Shown here: piece by piece, positions 63,191 to 64,000 of the stretch | Layout: every line of letters begins with the position of its first letter | Numbering within the stretch: position 1 is the stretch's first letter | DNA from: Octopus sinensis | Taxonomy: Eukaryota | DNA length: 64,000 nt | Assembly: GCF_006345805.1 (NCBI RefSeq) | Contig: NW_021831847.1 | Span: 248,001 to 312,000 of the forward strand | Reading direction: 5' to 3' | Made by a program: the position numbers and the translations under genes | The notes under the pieces: model-generated | The model's input: the letters and a program-made list of their open reading frames with translations, nothing else | What the model was told of the DNA's origin: nothing | Databases searched by the model: none

Positions 63191-63523
63191 GAAGAAATAA
63201 GTATGTAATAATTTAACAGCATCACAGTGTGATTATAGCAACAAATCTTTTTTCTGAATATATAGTCCGATGTTTTGAGGTCAAATATTTAAATTCACGT
63301 CAAATTCTTCGAATATTAACAAAATTCGAAGAACCACCACCAGAAAAATCAATGAATATCACCAAGAAAAACGTAAGATTTCGCTAGGAACATCACCCCT
63401 GTTCCGAACATAATTAAACAAAAAAACAGAAAGAAGCCTCCGTAAAACTCCATTCGTTCTCTCGTATTCAGAGAAATCATCCCATACATAAAACCACTCA
63501 TTGGGACTTCTTACAACCAATAC

Positions 63524-64000
63524 TCAATATGGAAAGAAATACTCAAATCTATCCTCCATTAGCCTTAAATTTTCATAACACATTTTTTTACTAGTTAAAA
63601 TTAAGTACATATGAATAAAATAAACCCCCAAAACATAAATACATATAAAGTCAAACATCCTGATCGTCGAGTGACTCCCTACTACTGGGACCAGAAGTTC
63701 TCCTGTACTCAAGCAGATCAGTCTCGTCAACAAAAATAATATTTTCATACTCCCGAGGCACTCTTATCGCACTAGGAGGATCTGAATTGGCCTCGTTCAG
63801 ACTGACCACCGACCGAGACCTGACATACTGAAACTCCACATGCCGAGTACTGCTGTCGTTTCTCTCCCACGAAACGTGAATAAACGGTCTTTGCACATAA
63901 TTATAAAACACTGCCACGATATGACAACGTTCTTACCCTCTGTCCGCCTGCTGGGGTATGTCCTCACCCGATCACGTGTTGTGGGGTGGTCTTCGTGAAC
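63524..64000 (-). CDS. 3' part of an unidentified gene entering from the right edge
   Basis: GC-richer open frame joined by a 26-nt GT-AG intron (gtaagaac...gtggcag) to VFYNYVQRPFIHVSW... Confidence 0.4.

Overview
This is a compact, AT-rich animal genome window, not bacterial. Host genes are broken by very short GT-AG introns, mostly 22-27 nt. Cadherin, C-type lectin, Caspr-type fibrinogen modules, C/EBP and geminin indicate a metazoan. WRAP73, CCP6/AGBL4 and an axonemal dynein remnant suggest cilia, and UQCRC2 suggests respiring mitochondria. That combination best fits a dicyemid mesozoan (inference). Gene islands (about 1-12.6, 27-38 and 50-64 kb) alternate with transposon-dense blocks (about 12.8-27 and 38-50 kb, the latter also holding an Ig-like gene). 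The 12.8-27 kb block resolves into nested elements bounded by target-site duplications (TSDs). There are four TGT...ACA elements with 5-bp TSDs of Ginger type. One encodes an integrase-like transposase split by five 22-26 nt introns, and one carries a (TTAGGG)-like array. A tandem duplication is marked by a recombinant LINE with swapped TSDs. A 165-bp MITE holds a 5'-inverted CRE retrotransposon, which in turn holds a hAT element. At least 12 CRE-clade pieces lie at apparently unrelated AT-rich sites. Frameshifts in the ribosomal protein gene RPS3A suggest residual indel errors in the assembly, so frameshift-based pseudogene calls are tentative. All protein identifications are from motif recognition by eye; no database searches were run.
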